Part shown: in pieces, positions 24,801-40,339 of the stretch
Numbering within the stretch: position 1 is the first letter of the stretch
Layout of the letters: each line of letters opens with the position of its first letter
Assembly: GCA_039621445.1 (NCBI GenBank)
Contig: CP154954.1
Coordinates: forward strand, 20,322,642-20,386,641
Length of the DNA stretch: 64,000 nt
Direction of reading: 5' to 3'
Source: Euglena gracilis
Taxonomy: Eukaryota
Position numbers and translations under genes: made by a program
The notes under the pieces: model-generated
What the model saw: only the letters and a program-made list of their open reading frames with translations
Database searches by the model: none
What the model was told of the DNA's origin: nothing

Positions 24801-27800
24801 AAGGCAAATTTTATCATCAACAAATTCAGAATCAGCAGATGACACCGATGGGTGAGGGGGTCGGTCCCCCCTCACCCACGATGGTAGTTTGCAAGGTATT
24901 TCCTTTGTTGCCAAAGGAAATGTTAGACCTAAGAAGCGACTGGAAGTACGGGAAGGGAATTTTCTTGGGGTGGGTCGGATCCCCCCACTCACCCCCATAC
25001 AGGGCGGTCCTTAAGCAAAAAAAAAAATCCTGTCCCAATACACTTCAACCGAAAAATAAGGTTTTTGGCCGGGGAGATTTTTTGAAAATTGCTTTGAAAA
25101 ATGACCCCAAAATACATCATTTTTTGATGGAAAACCACATTTTTCCCAAAAAAATCTCCAAAATATTAGGGTTGAAAATTGTTAGTTATCAGGAGGGGGA
25201 TCAAAAAAATGCAGGTCAAAAAAATGGAACCAAATTTTGGAGCATTCAAATTTACTGATATTTTTTCTTTGGAAATTTTTGGGATGTTCAATGGCATTTT
25301 TTGCTTCAAAACCTCTCAAAATCAAAATTTTGAGAAATGTTGAAATTTTGGAAGGTGTTAAAAAAAAATGGGGTTTGGGGGGTTTTGGGGGGACCCCCTG
25401 TACGGGTCCCAAAATAGGTCAAAGTTTTGTTGCAACCTTGCACAAAAATTTTGGTACATTTTTTGGAGTCAAATTTGAAACCCATAAAATTGTTCTCAAA
25501 ATTTCAAAATGTCAAAGTCAAAATTTTTAAGCTGAACTTCCTTTAATTGAATTTATTGCTACCCACATGCTATAGCAAAAGTTAGTGTCTTCTTCAGCAG
25601 CTTGTGCTCCTTTGCGACACCCCAAATTTCGAATTCCTAAACTCTAACTTCAACTAAAATTTGCACAAACAAAACAGTTTTTGTATTTAGTTCCCAGCAT
25701 AAATAGTTGAATCTGCTCATGCGCAGGAGTGTGCAAATGGGCAGGGCGTACTGCCGGTGAACTTCACCGGTGGAGTTCACCGGGAACTTCACCGTTTTGA
25801 TGGTTAGAGGTGGGTGAAAATTTGCTCTTTTTCCTCTCAAAATGATCATTTTGAAGTTGATGGGTCATGGAGTCTGTCCCATAATGGAATTTTTCAAAAA
25901 TTGGGCATCATCGAAAAATGGCAAATCGGGGTTGGATTTTCGCCAACAATTCCTGATCCTGTAAACCCCAACGATTTACAGCTAACGGGATAAATGTTGG
26001 CCACCAGACCTAAGAAGCAGGGCCACTGGCCCTAGAACGATGGCCAGGACCGAAAACTGTGGCCACAGAACCTAAAAATAGTGCCCACGTGACCTAAAAA
26101 TAGGGGCCCCTGGACCTAAAAACCATGGCCACTGGGACCTGAGTGCGTCATTCACTAGAACTGAAAAAAACTTCCAACGATCGTCCGGAGAAATTGACCT
26201 TTATGCAGCGCCATGGGTCAGGGAACACAAATGCAACAAACCTTCCAGAGCTGATACATGACTACGGTGTCCAGTTGAAGTGGTCAGAGGCATATGTGGG
26301 GGAAGAAGTTCTATGAAACACGTGTCCAACAAACACGTGTTTTCATGTTGCTTGGGGCGCATGGCGGTAGACTAGGGGGGGGGGGCGTGGGTAGTCGGCC
26401 GACCAGTCGACCGACTACCCAAGTGGTCGGCCAACTAGGCCTGGTCGGTAGGTAGTCGGCGAGATGGGGGGGGGGGGGGGGGGAGCGGGTAGTCGGCCGA
26501 CTAGTCGGCGAAATACCCACTTTAATGTACTAACGGCTCAAAACCGCCGGCTTTTAAGCCCCCCCATGAAGAAAATCCTCTGCAAACTAGTCGGTGTCTA
26601 ATCGGTGGTCATAAGAATGGTCTGTGGCGGGCCAAATCACCCGGAAATGGTCCGGATGGGTCCAAATAAGTGCCTTACACCAACACAAACACCCTCAAAT
26701 CAGAAATATTTGGTCGGTGGGGAGTCGGTGGGTCCTTGATGGGGGTCCGGAGGGGTAAAAAAATTAATGGTGAAAGAGGGATTGCATGAAAATCCTTTAG
26801 AAATGCAAGCATTCTGCGTCACGAGGGGCGAAAAACTCCCTCCTCCACCCCCATCCGAGCCTCAAATAACAAAATCCCTTCTATGTTGGCAACATACTTG
26901 GAGGGATAAGTCCTTTTTGTGCGAAATTTTGACATTATGTTGAAAATCCAATGGGGAGAGGTGTCCTTTTGCCTAAAGTGGCCCAAAATGGACATTTCCC
27001 CCCAAGTTTTTGCATCTTCACCCCCAATTGGGGGGTTCTGGAGCCACTTGGGTGGGTTTTGACTGGTGTTGAGGTGATCTGGACAAAAAAAATTTCAGGG
27101 GGGGTAGTCAGCTGAATAGTCGGTCGACTACCCACTGCCCCCCCCAGTCTACCGTTAGGCACTTGCAATTGGGCAGAAAGCAACGTCTGGGTTGGAGAAG
27201 TGACAAAATGCCCACAGGTCACAGGTCTGGCGTTACAATTTCCCCCTCGTAAACAGGTAGGGCAGGTTTGTGACACAAGATGCCGTTTCTCAATGGGTTG
27301 CTTTCTGAAATTCGGCATCCTCAGCTCATCCTCAACAGACTTTGGGTGCGGAATGGGGTGGAAAATACCAGGTGTACACTCAAATTAGTGAATTGGTTTG
27401 CCTACTCATCCAGGGAGCCATGCAGACAGGAATTCGGGAGGCAAGGTCTTGGGTGTTTCTCAGCGGAACATTTAATTAATTCCTTGGACTCGCAAAAATC
27501 CAGCGATTTTCAGAGCGCCGTGTGACTGAGTTTTGATTCCAAACGAAAGGCTTTTAGGATTGGACATTTTGGTTGAAAGAAAAGAAGCCAGGAAGCACAG
27601 GATATTCAACATACAACACAACAAAAAAAAACGGCCAACATTTTTAAGTTCCAGAAAAAGTGGCCAACGTTTACAGGTCCAGTGGCACGTTCGGTGGCCA
27701 GAGTTTTGGGCTTGGTGGCCATCATTATAGGGAATGTGGCAAACATTTTTTGGTAAGGTGGCCATCATTTTGGGCTACGTGGCCATCGTTTTCACATGTT

Positions 27801-30800
27801 AGCTGTATATACTTTATAGACTTTTGAGCGTTTTGGGACACTTTCGGCCAGTTGGCCTGACTGTTTGTCACTTTTTGGCTACTGTTGACCATTTTTTTTT
27901 GCCAAGAGTTAACCAAAATGGCCCAAAATAGCCAAAGAAGTTTGGCCAAATTTTGGCCAAACTTTGACAATTTTCCGTCTTTTATTGCAACCTTGTACAA
28001 CATTTTTGGTGTATTTATGGTGGTCAACCCCAGCCGCAAAAACAAAACCATGTGCAAAAGAAAAAAATTGTTCCTTATGGGCCAACGTCATATTATAAAA
28101 AAGATCGCATCTGGGGGATTCTTGGACAAGCCCGGTCGCTGGACAAGGGGGGAAAGGAAGGTCAGCGGTCCCCCCCCCCCCCGGAGAGGGACTCTGGGCC
28201 AAAAATCACTCTGAAAACCCAGTCAACCACCCCCTCCCCGGGAGGGGGTTGGTCAATGACGAAGTGATTGTGTGGGCTGGTTGCCAACTTCCAGGGGAAG
28301 AGGGGAGAGAGAGGTATGTATGGTCTTTTTCGGGGCAGGCGGGAGCATTTTCACCAAAAAAAAAAACGGGGAAACGGGAAGACAGGGATTTGAACCCCAA
28401 ATACATGATTTTTGATGGAAAACCATATTTTTTTCACATAAAAAATCTTAAAAATTTCAGGTTTGAAAATTGGTAGTTTTTAGGAGGGGGTGGAAAATAA
28501 CGAAGGTCACCAAATTTTGGCACAGTCAAAATTTTACTGACATTTTTTTTCTTGGAAATTTTTTGGATTTTCAATGGCTTTTTTTGCTTCAAAAAAACAC
28601 TCAAAATCAATTTTTTGAGAAAATGTTGAATTTTTGGAAGGTGTGAAAAAATGGGGTTTGGGGGGGGGGTTGGGGGGGACCTCCCATATGGGTCCCAAAA
28701 CGGGTCAAAAAAACACCCGGCGCCGAAGGCGCCAGAAAAAATTTTCGGGTTTCTGTGTATTGGGGGGGGGGGGCGGTCCTTAAGGGGGAGGTCCTTAACT
28801 AAATAAAAAAAATACCATCCCTTACGGACCGCCCTGCCCCAATAGGGTTTCAGAAATTCCTGTACAGCCCTGGAAAAGGGAGCAACGGAATAATCATGCA
28901 GAACCCGTGATAAAACATCCATATTCCAGGAACAAAACGGAAAAAATATAACATTAGTGAATAACCAAACTCCAACCTAACCAAACCACCAAACTAACCA
29001 ATCAAATACCAAATAAGTGAATGGGCAATGCTGGATAAATGCACAGATGTGGGTGGGAAAAAAAGAACCACCACAACGAAAGTTAAACTCCTTTTGCAGA
29101 CACTTTTACAGGCCTTCGAGGGTCGTCGATTTGGACTAGTTAAGAAGGCTATTGTTGAGCATTTAATCTCAAATCCCTATAATTGCGATTTTAAGTTGGC
29201 AATTGTCCACTTGTTGGGGAGCCATCTGAGTTGTTACAAGAGGTTTGCTTCAACGGTCTGGATTGTTCGCTGAACTGTGTAACACACAAAGTTGGAAGAG
29301 AAGGAGGCTGGCAAGTTTGACGCATATGTTTGCTGTGAAAAAGAACGAATGGTTGAGGTGCAACATCAACTAGGGCCAGTCATCTGCGTCAGGTCATTTT
29401 TGCTTGAGACAACGAGTGAGTGATTGAGTGAGTGGAGTCAGCAGCACAATTCGTTCGCCAATCCCGCTTTATAGAAACATACCTGCAGCAGGGGTGCAGC
29501 GGGGCTGGTCAACATAACTTAACTGTCAGCTTCCCCAGGCTGGTGTGCACAGTCCATTTGGATCCAAAAGCAAACAATCTTTACACGATGTGTGGCTATC
29601 TGGAAACAAAAGCAGTGGGAAAGATCTGGACAAATTTTCTCCCAGGGTCGACTTGCAGCATCTTTTTGTTACAAAGTTTTCTCCAAGGGCAAGGTTTCAG
29701 GCAGAAGCCGATCTCATGCCAGGAGAAGTATGATCAAAGCAAGAGAAAATCCAACTCAACTCCAAGGTTGGATCCAGGGGTGATTCAAAACTTTTCCGGG
29801 AAGTGCCTTGGCCACGTTTCATTTCCTTGGCCCGACCCCACCACCTGCCAAGGCAGGCACTCCCCACATGGGCTGTCCAGCCTTACATCAGACATTTTTC
29901 CCTGTTGACTGAGAAACATCGCATGCTTGCTTCCTCGAAGCACGTATTTCTCACCTTTCTGTGTTTTCAACAATTTATCGGAGCTTGATGGGAAAAAAGG
30001 AGTAGCTGGTATCCAAATTCAAAAACGAATCAAAAAAATGGTTCTTCCCTCCATCCTTTTGCACTGACTAATTTGCTCCTGCAGGGCACCAAACACCCAA
30101 AAAAGTCGGTTTACTGTGCTTTTCATCAACGTCCTAATAAACACCTCTTTATCGATTTTTTGTGTTTCATGGAATCATATGAGGCAACGAGGAAGGTTTC
30201 ATGCAGAACAACAGAGCCCTTCACTCACCAAAGATTGTCCTGCATGTGTACACAACTGTCACACAGTATTTGCATGCAGAGAGGCATATGCATACACCCA
30301 CACCTTGCCACGACGTATCCCATTGATTTGAAATCGACCATCTTTCTCACTAAGGCAACCCTTGTGGAGATCTAGAGAATATGAGATTGAAGAACAATCA
30401 GCTTTCTCCACCTGGCCTTTGCAAAACTCAATGTACAGAATAATTTGCAAAATTGGCTGGAAAGCAATGAGGCCATCTCTTATGGGTGCTAATGTCCATC
30501 GTGCTTTTTACCGCAGTGCACATTTGAAAAACAATACTGGATGTGTTGAAACCTCGACCATCTGACCTGTGATTGGAGGGTGCACTCAAAAGACGGGCTG
30601 ACTTACCCCCCCCCCATTGTTTCACTGTGCATGGGCTCTTTTCCCATCTGGGACGTCCATTGTGAACCATCCCCTGCCGTCACCCAAACAGAGTCTGGAA
30701 AGGGGGAAACGCTTTTTTGAGGGTGAATCACCCAGTGTTGTGCAGATCATGAATGGGGAGGATCCCCGACGCAGGGGGGGGGGGGTCCTGTTGGGTCGAC

Positions 30801-33800
30801 CGACTCAGTTGGTCAACCCAACAGTCTAATGTACAAATAGCCCATATATTGATAAAAAAAACAGAATCCCTTGTGTGACCCACCCGTTTTTAGGGAACAA
30901 ATCCCTTTTGTTGCTCAAGTGTTCGAGAGCCCAAAAAATAGCTAAATCCCTTGCGTTACCAAGTTGTTTTGGGGGGCAAAACCCTTTTGTTGCTCAACTG
31001 TTAAAGGGCCAAATCCCTTGTGTTGCCCACCCGTTTTCAATATTCGATTCGAGAGTTGCCGCATAAGAGGGAGTCATGACAAATTGCAACCCCAAAATTG
31101 GAACTCGAAGTTTTTGTGGCCGTTTTGCGTGTTTCCAAAATTCTGTGGTCTTGTTTTTGCTTCCATGAAGGCAGATTTTGGGATGCTGATTGGAAACGGC
31201 ACCTCAATGAATCAAGTTTTCCTTTTTTGCTTGCCCTTTGTTCAGGCATCATGGAGAACATTCCATTTCTCAAGCCTCAAAAGCATCGAGGCTGTGTCCT
31301 CACCTTTTGCATTTTTGCTGTGGTTGCCTGGGCCTCGTTTCATGCGTCATCAAACCTGCAGGTTGTCATTGCCTTCTACTGCCGCCTCCCTGTTGCTCCA
31401 TTTTAATGATGGAGGGTGTTGGGGTCGCGCGGGGGGGGGTGGTCGTGGGAGCAGGGTCGCGGATGGGAAACGGGTTTTCATGACGTCACGCATGACATGC
31501 GCGACGTCATTTTTTTCATCTAATTTTGTGCCCCAATTGGGAATTTGCATATCATTTCGGCCAAAAATAATTAAGAATTTGTGACAATTTTGCAGTTTCA
31601 TTCCCAATTTAGGGGAAATTCCGAATTTATGTGAGTTTTTTTTAACACTTTTTGGAAGCTCGAAGGTCGCAGGTCGCAGGGGTGGGAGGTCGATAAAAAA
31701 AAATGACCCAAATTGGTGATTTTGCACGTTCCGAATTTGACCAAAAATTATATTTTTGAGGCATTTTGGCCCATTTCAAGTTCACTCTTGCGATCAAGGG
31801 AAATTTGGTCTCGTGATTTTCTTGACGGTTTTTTGGCCGTTTTTCAAACAAAGCATAAAAACTTTTTTTTAAAAAAGGTGACGTGGTCTGGCTGTGGACC
31901 ACCTCATAGTTGTAATGGGAGTGGGGGTCCATCCAGACGACGCATTTTTTCGTGAATTGCCCACTTTTTGACCATTTTGGCAATTTTTTATGCAATTTTG
32001 CAGATTTTTTGCATTTTTTTGAAACTGACATATTCCTCATTATTCCATATAATATTGCACCGTGGGATGCCAAAAATGGCCACTCTGGGGGGCGGACACT
32101 TTGGGGGGGGGGTTCAAATTTTGGCTTTCAGCGCCTTTGGCACCGAAGGAAAGCCACTTTGAGGGGTCCCGAGCGAGAAATTGGCCATAGACTTTTTGGT
32201 GGGTGCTACCACTGCCTCCCCCCCCTCAAAGTGTCCCACTCCCAAAGTGGCAAAATTTTTTGGCAAATTTTGGGTTACCCCCCCAAAATGGCCATTTCCT
32301 TCGGCGCCTTTGGCGCTGATGGCCAAAATTTAACCCCCCAAACTGCCCCCCCCCCCCCGAGAGTGGCTGTTTTGGGGTCCCACGGTGCCTGGATGGGGGG
32401 TGAGGGTAGTCGCTGGCGTCCATGATCTGTTCCGACTGCGGTAGCTAACGACTAGTGACCCCCTCTGCGGACTAGTCGCCAGCAACCATTGATGGTCGCT
32501 AGCAACTGGTCTCTGTCCACAAATAATCTGTCTTTGAAAAGTCAAAGAACAAGGCCCGAAACCAAGTTAAACTATTTCAGAAGGTGCATGTTGGGGGTCA
32601 ATATGCAAAAATTTCAAAATGAAACCTTCCATTTTTCTCTCTTTGAACCCTTGCCCATTTGATTTTGCCTTAGGGATCATCAGGACAGTAATTTTGCAAC
32701 ACCGGGAATCTTGCTATTTTACAGCCCTCGAACAGTTGAGAAAGAACATTGCTTCATTGTGTTCACCCTTGGGCAACAGCAATTACCAATTGGCAACACG
32801 GTAGCCAACCAGCGTTTACCCGCGGCAGCCCTGCCTTGCACACACAAAGAGATTTTGTCGATGGAAGCCCCCCCCCCGGACTTAGGACAAAGCCGGTGAC
32901 CCCCTACGATGGTCAGCTACGGCATCACTAGGACCTTGGTTAAGCTGCAGAGTGGAAGCTTTTTAGACACTTGTGAGGGGGAAAAGGCCACACCAGCATG
33001 GCACATGACATTTGAAAAACACTTATTAAATACAAAAAAATTAATGGGGGCAACTTCAGGCAAAAAAAAAGGCAAATGTACCCAGAAAATGTGAAACAAT
33101 CAGCACCAAGAAAACACATTGCTTGGCACCAAGAGTCCGTTGTTTCGACTCAGCGAAGAAAACACAGTTCCTTGAAAACATATGCAGATAATTTCCAACA
33201 TGAACCACAAGTTATAATCCCTGGTTGAAAGAAGGCCTGGAGAAAACCCTGATTGAAAGGAAAAAAAACCCAAAATCCCAAAAAAAAAACTGCACGAAGC
33301 TGTGTTGACGACCCCCCTGGATTCCAGCTCGGAGGCTGGAAAAATTGGGTTGGCTGAAAAAAGGATGGTGGCTGACTCCCTCCTCCCATGGGGGTGGGGT
33401 CGAAACGGGTGCCAAGAAAAATCGAAACTACAAAAAAAATCCCAAAAAAACTGCCAATAATGCAGAAAAAAATTGAGGGGGGTCCAGCCAGCCAGCAGTC
33501 ACTACCCAGTCAACAACCTTTTTCCAACCTCGAGGGACCCCCCTCCCACTCATCAACGAGTTTTATTCATTTCCAGCCGCTCTTTGGGTAGCTGAACACT
33601 AACGGATTTTTCGCTTTTGGGGTACAAAATGGGCCAAAGATGACTGGCCAGGGCAACGTTGGTCCAAAGGGTGGGGACAAGATTTCAAAAGCAGCGCAGG
33701 GTTAGAGTTTGGACTGTGCAGCCTGAGTTTGGCCTAACTCCGTTGCCTGATCCCCACCTGCGAGTTAGACCTGTACCTCCAACCCAGCCCCCAAAACAAC

Positions 33801-35808
33801 AGGGCGGGCCGACCGTTCAGCGCATTTATCTTTATTTCCCCCTTCCTGCCTACCTGCCTGCCGCCTTTGGGAATTGAGAGGATGGGCTGTGGGAGAGTGT
33901 AAGGCCAAGCTCAGGCGGCTCAGTCCTAACCCTAACCCAACGCCTTCAATAATGATCTTTTAGAATCAAATTAACACTATTTCAAGGCCGCCATTTTGCA
34001 GCGAGGGATTATTACGTGTTTTAAGGAACCCAAAAAAAACTTGTTCCGGCAACATTTGAGCCAGTGAACACATACTTGCTTGACTTCAAAAGGGCAGTTG
34101 GAGATTCGGCCATACTCGTGCCAGCAACCTTTTTCCAAATGGACGAAATGAATATAATGAACAGGAGCGTCTCCTCCTCCGTCTGAAGCTCCAGTCCAAC
34201 CCACGTTCCGACGCCCTCATATCTTCCACCCCCTCACATCTCCCATTCCTCTACTATTTGCCACTACGCCTCCTCTCAATCCCTTCTGAGTCTTTTGAGG
34301 AAACGACAGCATACAATTGGCTAAGCCCCCGGGGGGGGGGGAGGGGGGGGGTCATCCAACTTTTTTATAAAAACCAGGCAGTCACTCATTTCAAAAAAAA
34401 ACCAGCCAAGTCACTACCCCCCACCGGGGGGGGGGGGGGGGGGTGGACACTCAGAAAAACGGCCCCTCTTCCAGTCACTTAGGAATTTTAGGGCCCCCCC
34501 AAAAAATTTTTCCGGCGCCTTTGGCGAGGGGTCACTCAAGCCAATTTTGCCAACTCTGGCCCGACCCCCGGGGGGGGGGGTGGGGAGGGGTCCGGGCCAA
34601 AAACCAGTCAGTCACTCTGAAAAAACCAGTCACCCACCCCCAGGGGGGGGGGGGGGGTGGGGGGGTCGGTCAGTGCTAAAGCATTGCATGGTACCCAGTT
34701 TCTGTTGGACATAACAAGCAAAGAGGACATGGGCCTGCCATTCTGAAGGTGAAGAATCAGAAAACTGATAAAGAAAGTAAAAGTTGATTCCATTGGAGTG
34801 TTCAAACAAGGAAAAAAAAAGATTTCAGCTCCTCCTTCAGGAGCTGATCGTAAGTTCGAATGCATCCAAACAGTCTTTGTCGGGCTGCGGAAAATGATGA
34901 TACGCCCCCGAGAAAGCCACCTGTGGAGAGAGGTAGAGAGAGGGGGTTTGCCACACCCGACGTTCCTGCCTCCTTTTTTGCACGCAACAGGTACCACAGC
35001 CCTGAACTCTTAACAGGGACATGTCCCCCCCCCCCGATACCCTTTGGCCCAGACCCTTGGCCGAATCTGGAAGAATGGAGCAACAAACAATCAGTCAAAC
35101 AAGAAAGTCCATTACACACTGTGCAGCAATGTGATGTGGGGCAAAGATGCATTAACTAAAACCTTCCAATCGCAAAATGAGCTGTGAATTGAAAAAAAGA
35201 CAGCACTAGAGATTCGGAGATGCAAATTGAATCATTAATTATCTATTAATTATCTCAAGAGAGGTAAAAATATGGTGTCAACTTGCACAGCCAGCCCTCT
35301 GTGTCGTGCTGTGCTTGATGTGTGTAGCACTGTGAACTGTTGAAACTCTTGCTTTAAAAACACACCACTATGACGACAAGTGTTACCCCCAAAAACATAA
35401 AGCTCCTTGCCCACAATGAGGGGTTGTTTACAGGTAAACTTTTTGGGACATGGGATGCCCTCTATGGGCTTTGACTCCTAATTGAGGTAAATTTGCACTC
35501 CATACCAATTCTCACCAGTGCAACTTTCAATTTTGTTCCCCAGTTATTCACCTGTGAGAATCTGACTTCCACACATGAGAGATTTGTGCCTTGCTTTCAA
35601 CATCAACCTCGGAGGCTTTGGAGAGGTTCAATAAGTCTGACGAGGACTTTGCCATGCTGATGGGGTGAGACCGGGGGGGGGGGGGGGAGGTCCCTGCGGC
35701 GGAAAAGGGAAATTTATCAACGGCAAAGGCAAGCAAAGGCATATTGCGGGGGTCAGACCTTAGGTTTAGCTCCTTTACGTAGGGTGTTGGGGATTCATAT
35801 TACACCTA

Positions 35809-36267
35809 AACCCCCCCAAAAATAAGACCCGGGTCTTATTTTTGGGTCCGTTGCTGGAAACCTCCAGGGGGGGGTCTTATTTTTGGGGGGGGTCTTATTT
35901 TTGGATTTTTTCTTGACCGACCCGGGCCCGAAAAAAACATCATTTTTCAGGTTCCCAAAAACACTAAAAAATTTCCTTCGGCGCTTCGCGCCATGTGTAA
36001 ATTTGTGTAAGTTGACATTTGGCATGTTTTTTTGCACTTCAAGAATCTGAATTTTTTGAAATTTCATCTTTTTGTATGTGTGAAATTTGGGTTTTTGGCA
36101 ATTTCTCAGGGAAAAGTTTCACCGTCCCCGGCGCTTCGCGCCGTCAGGGGGGTCTTATTTATGGGGGGGGTCTTATTTTTGGATTTTTGCTCGATCGGCC
36201 CAGGGGGGGTCTTATTTTTGGGGGGGGGTCTTATTTTTGGGGGGGTCTTATTTTGGGGGGGGGGGTT
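35809..36267. mobile_element. TA-flanked MITE, second copy of 6458-6877 family
   Basis: Near identity over about 400 bp; TA on both sides. Confidence 0.85.
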
Positions 36268-39200
36268 TAACACTCACAGATTTGGCAGGAAATCCCAAAA
36301 TTTTGGGACTTCCTGCCAAAATTGTTGACCACATTTCCCATTATGTGGGCTCTTTTGCCAAAATGCCTGGAACCTTTCGCCAAAATCTTAGGCTGGTGGG
36401 TAAATTTTTGAGATTCCGTTGCGCAGACTTTCATACTTGGCGGTCATAATTTTTGGGACATTTTGCAAAAGCTCTCTGAATCCAACAATTTATGGGGTGT
36501 GCAATCTTTGAACAAACCGGTGCAACCTCACAGATCTTTGGAGCAACGCAGCTGCTGCAAATGAGATCACACCCGGTGGAAATGGACCATGAAAGAACCC
36601 TCACCCCCCAAAGTCCCCCCCCCAAAGTGGCCAAAAACTTTTTGCCAAATTTTGGTTTAACCCCCTCAAAGGAGTCATTTGCCTTCGACGCCAAAGGCCA
36701 TAACGGGATTCGTCGTGACTTTTCTTGTTTGGCAAATTCTGAAATCTTTGAAATGGCGTTCTTGGGGGGCCCTTTTTGCAGCCTTGCCGAAATTGGCCCA
36801 TCTTGTCCCGGAGGCTGATAGCCAATTAGGTGGGGGGGGGCAAATAGGGGGGAGTGAGGGTAATGTGTTTTTCGGTGATTTGTTGTCAAAAATGGGTATT
36901 TTAGGCAAGTGGACACAAAATCTTTCCACTCGCTAGCCCTGTGGACTCCATCCTGAGTCCTGTGTTTAAAATGCAGTCCTCCAGTTTGTACTCGGTCAGA
37001 CGGCGATAACACCCTCTTGGTCTATGGGTTGCGTATGAAACACTCAGCCCGGCATAGCTGGTGTATTTTGTGTTTTTTTTAAAAAAGAACGTTTTTTATG
37101 GTTTTTTTTTGAAAAAAGAGAAAACTGATTGAAAAAAAGGGGGGAAACAATGAGACAGATTCCCCTTGATCGCAAAGGTGATATCAAAAATGGACCAAAA
37201 TGCTTCAAAATTTTTGGTGAAAATCCACACAAAAATCACTGACTTTGATCAGTTTTGATAAATTTTCTTGTCAAAACCATGTCTGGGGGCTCCGGCTTCA
37301 CGCCCAAACCGGCGTCTGGGAAGCGGCGTGAAGCTGGCGTCTGGGGGACCAAAAATAGTGCCAAAACGTGTCCAAAATGCTTTGTAGACACGTGGTAAAC
37401 ATATCTGAGAAATTTTGGGGGGTCTTCGGCCAGGCACCGGCTTCCGAACGTCCGAACCGTTGTCTGGGACACAATTCTCGGGGTAGAAACCATCCAATTT
37501 TTCCTTGACATGGTCTATAGATGCAAAAAAAAGGCTGGTATTTGAAATCAAAAAAAAATTGCCCACGACCCTCAGTGGTGTTTTTTTTGTTATTTGTTGT
37601 TTTTCTAAAAATATTTTTGGAGAAAAACCTTTCTGGGCTTCGTTTTAAACGAGCTGCCAGCTGTGCCAGCGTTGGATGGACAGGCATTCCAGAAGCACAC
37701 TGCAGGCAGAGGGAAACAAAAAAAAATGGCAAGTCCAAAAAACCTGCAAAAAACCTCCAAAACTGCCAGACTACGGAGTACCAAACGTCTGACAAAACAG
37801 TTCAGAATATTTTCAAAAGGGTTCCAAAACTTTTGGCAAAGTGTGCAAAATTATGGCAAAAGGCACACAAATATTTTCAAAGAAGTACAAAATTTTTTGG
37901 CAAAAATGCCAAAAATTATGGCAAAACATCACAGAAGCTGTGAGTGTTAGGTGTAATTGTAAGACCATAGATTTGGGTGTGTGGTTTTATATTTTAGTTC
38001 TTATCTCTTTGGTGAGAACAAAGCTTACCACCAAGGAAAGGGAGTGCCAACCCCCCTCTGCCCCCTCCCTAGTCCGGGTAGTAACGCCAGATTATCACCC
38101 ATTTCTTCAATTGGCTTGCAATTGGATCTTGGATTTCCAAAAACCTCTTTTCGACTCCCAACTCCCCGACAGGTCAGAGTTATTCAGCGGGGGTTCAACC
38201 TGGATGGGATTTGCCACCCCCCCCCCCATTTAGACATTTCGCCAAAATAATTTAGGGCAAATAAAGATTTGTTTATTCATTTATTTACCGTATCCCCCCA
38301 AGCTATTCCCACCACAGGACCCTTACTGACCAATGGGAACAATATGGCGTATGGCGGGGAACAGCTCGGGGGGAGGCTTGGTCCCCTCCCCCGAGCTGTT
38401 CCCATTTTTGGGCTGGCCAACCTCGGACAGCCCAAAAAAGGTCATTTTTGCAACCTTTTTGAACATGGTAGATTTGATTCATCAAATAATCAACTAATTG
38501 TTTGTCATCGCCGATGAATCGAATCGTTCGGCCCAGGGCGATTAAGCGTTCATCGTGGATCTCAAACACGGAAACACGGGATTTTGAACACTACCCAATC
38601 AGATAATACGTGACTTGCTGGTCCATCATTGAACACAATGGTTAAAAGCGACCAATGAGTCAACGAAGGTGCCGCTGGAATGTTGCGCAATTCTTATTAA
38701 GATTCAGTGGTTCGTAATCTGCTTCGTTCAGCCATGGCGACTCAGAATTGAGCAAGAATTCATTAGTGGGCACGCAAAGAAACGGTTCGTGTTCAATATT
38801 CGAATTTCTCACACAGAATCATTTACAAAAATCAGAAGAGACCAACTAATAATTAATCGTCCGAGATCACGATGAATTGTTCGCCTGCTCAAAACGTTTA
38901 ATTGGCACAACCCTCCGGTGCGCATTGTGGCTGATTTTCTGTGCCTGTTATCCCTCCTTTTGGCCTGGCGTTGTTTTTCACCTGTGTCCCTTTTTGTCTT
39001 TGTACGTGGAGGTGGCCGGAGCTTGGCGGGGCTTACCTTGTTTACTGCGCCGGCCACCAAGGCACATACTCCACTTTAGTTAGGGGGGTCTCCTTCACCG
39101 CAACAAAACCATCGGTTACTGCAGTGCACAACCCCAGCAGGTGTGGTTCCCAACTCGGTGGACGGGTCCACTCAATTGGGAACAGGAACAAACTCAGGCC

Positions 39201-40339
39201 CAGAGGCACCTCCTGGGCAGCTGTGTCCCACAAGCACACCCACTCGGAACCCGGTCAGGCACCCCCCCCTTCCTGGGGGGAAAAGCGAACCTAATTTCAG
39301 CTGCCATCTCCATCACCGCTCCCAGCCGGCTACTCCAGTCTGCAACCCTCCCGGACCCCTCACAATGCCAACCCCCCCCCCAGCCAGCAGGCTCGCCATG
39401 GCGTGCCGACCCCCCCCCTTAGTTTTAACACAATGGCTCGAAATCCCAGTCGTCAATAGATGATAATATATGATCATTGAAAAAATCAATGACAGACAAA
39501 AACTGAAAATTGAAATATGAAGGACCTTTCACATGAAAAAAAAATCTGCACAATATAAAAAAGAAAAAAAGTACAAATGCATGCAAGCAAAAAAAGTTCA
39601 ACAAGAAAACATAACCCCCCTATCCTAGGCAATCCTATTCCCAAAGGGGGGATGGGGGATGGGGAGTCTTTTAATGAAGACTGTGCTGACATATTTTTGC
39701 AAATGGGGGGAGGGGGAAATTTTTTTCGTCTCAGATGATTTTTTGCAACATTCCCAGCCCGACGGGTCGAATTTTCAAAAACTATCACATTTGCGACAAA
39801 AAATTCCTCTGGAAGAATTTTTTTCAATTTTGGGTGAATTTGGGTTAAAATAATCAATTTTGGGGAAAAAGTTCAAAAATGCTCTTTTTTGTGGTCTTCT
39901 TCCCATCATTTCCTTGTTTTTGTGTTTTGTTGCTTTTGGTGGCTTTCAAGATCCAGAAAAAAATGAAATTTTGGGCGGTTTTGGGCTGATTTTTTGGACG
40001 AAAAAGTCTCCAAAAAAATTTGCAAAGATGGCCTGGCATGGCGTGGCGAGGGGGTCCGAAATGGGGAGAGGGAAAAAAAATGGACCTGAGTTGCTTGTCA
40101 ACCGCAGGTTATTCGAAGAAGACCAAGATGAACGCTCGTAGACAAGCTCCAACATTGACGAAAAAAATCTAGGATTTCTTTACAATCTTCAAAGTTGGTC
40201 CAAACAAAATCTCTTTTTCAAGAAATGAACAACCATGATATCTTTCTGGGCTTCAATCACAAAGGAAGGTATGGCAACCAAATGAAAATCTGAAACCAAA
40301 AAAACACAAATGAAACAGTGATGGACGTGTTGGATCTTG

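Noticed and set aside
38440-38900. Protein-like minus-strand stretch
   Set aside because: Interrupted by stops, with no recognisable motif or termini
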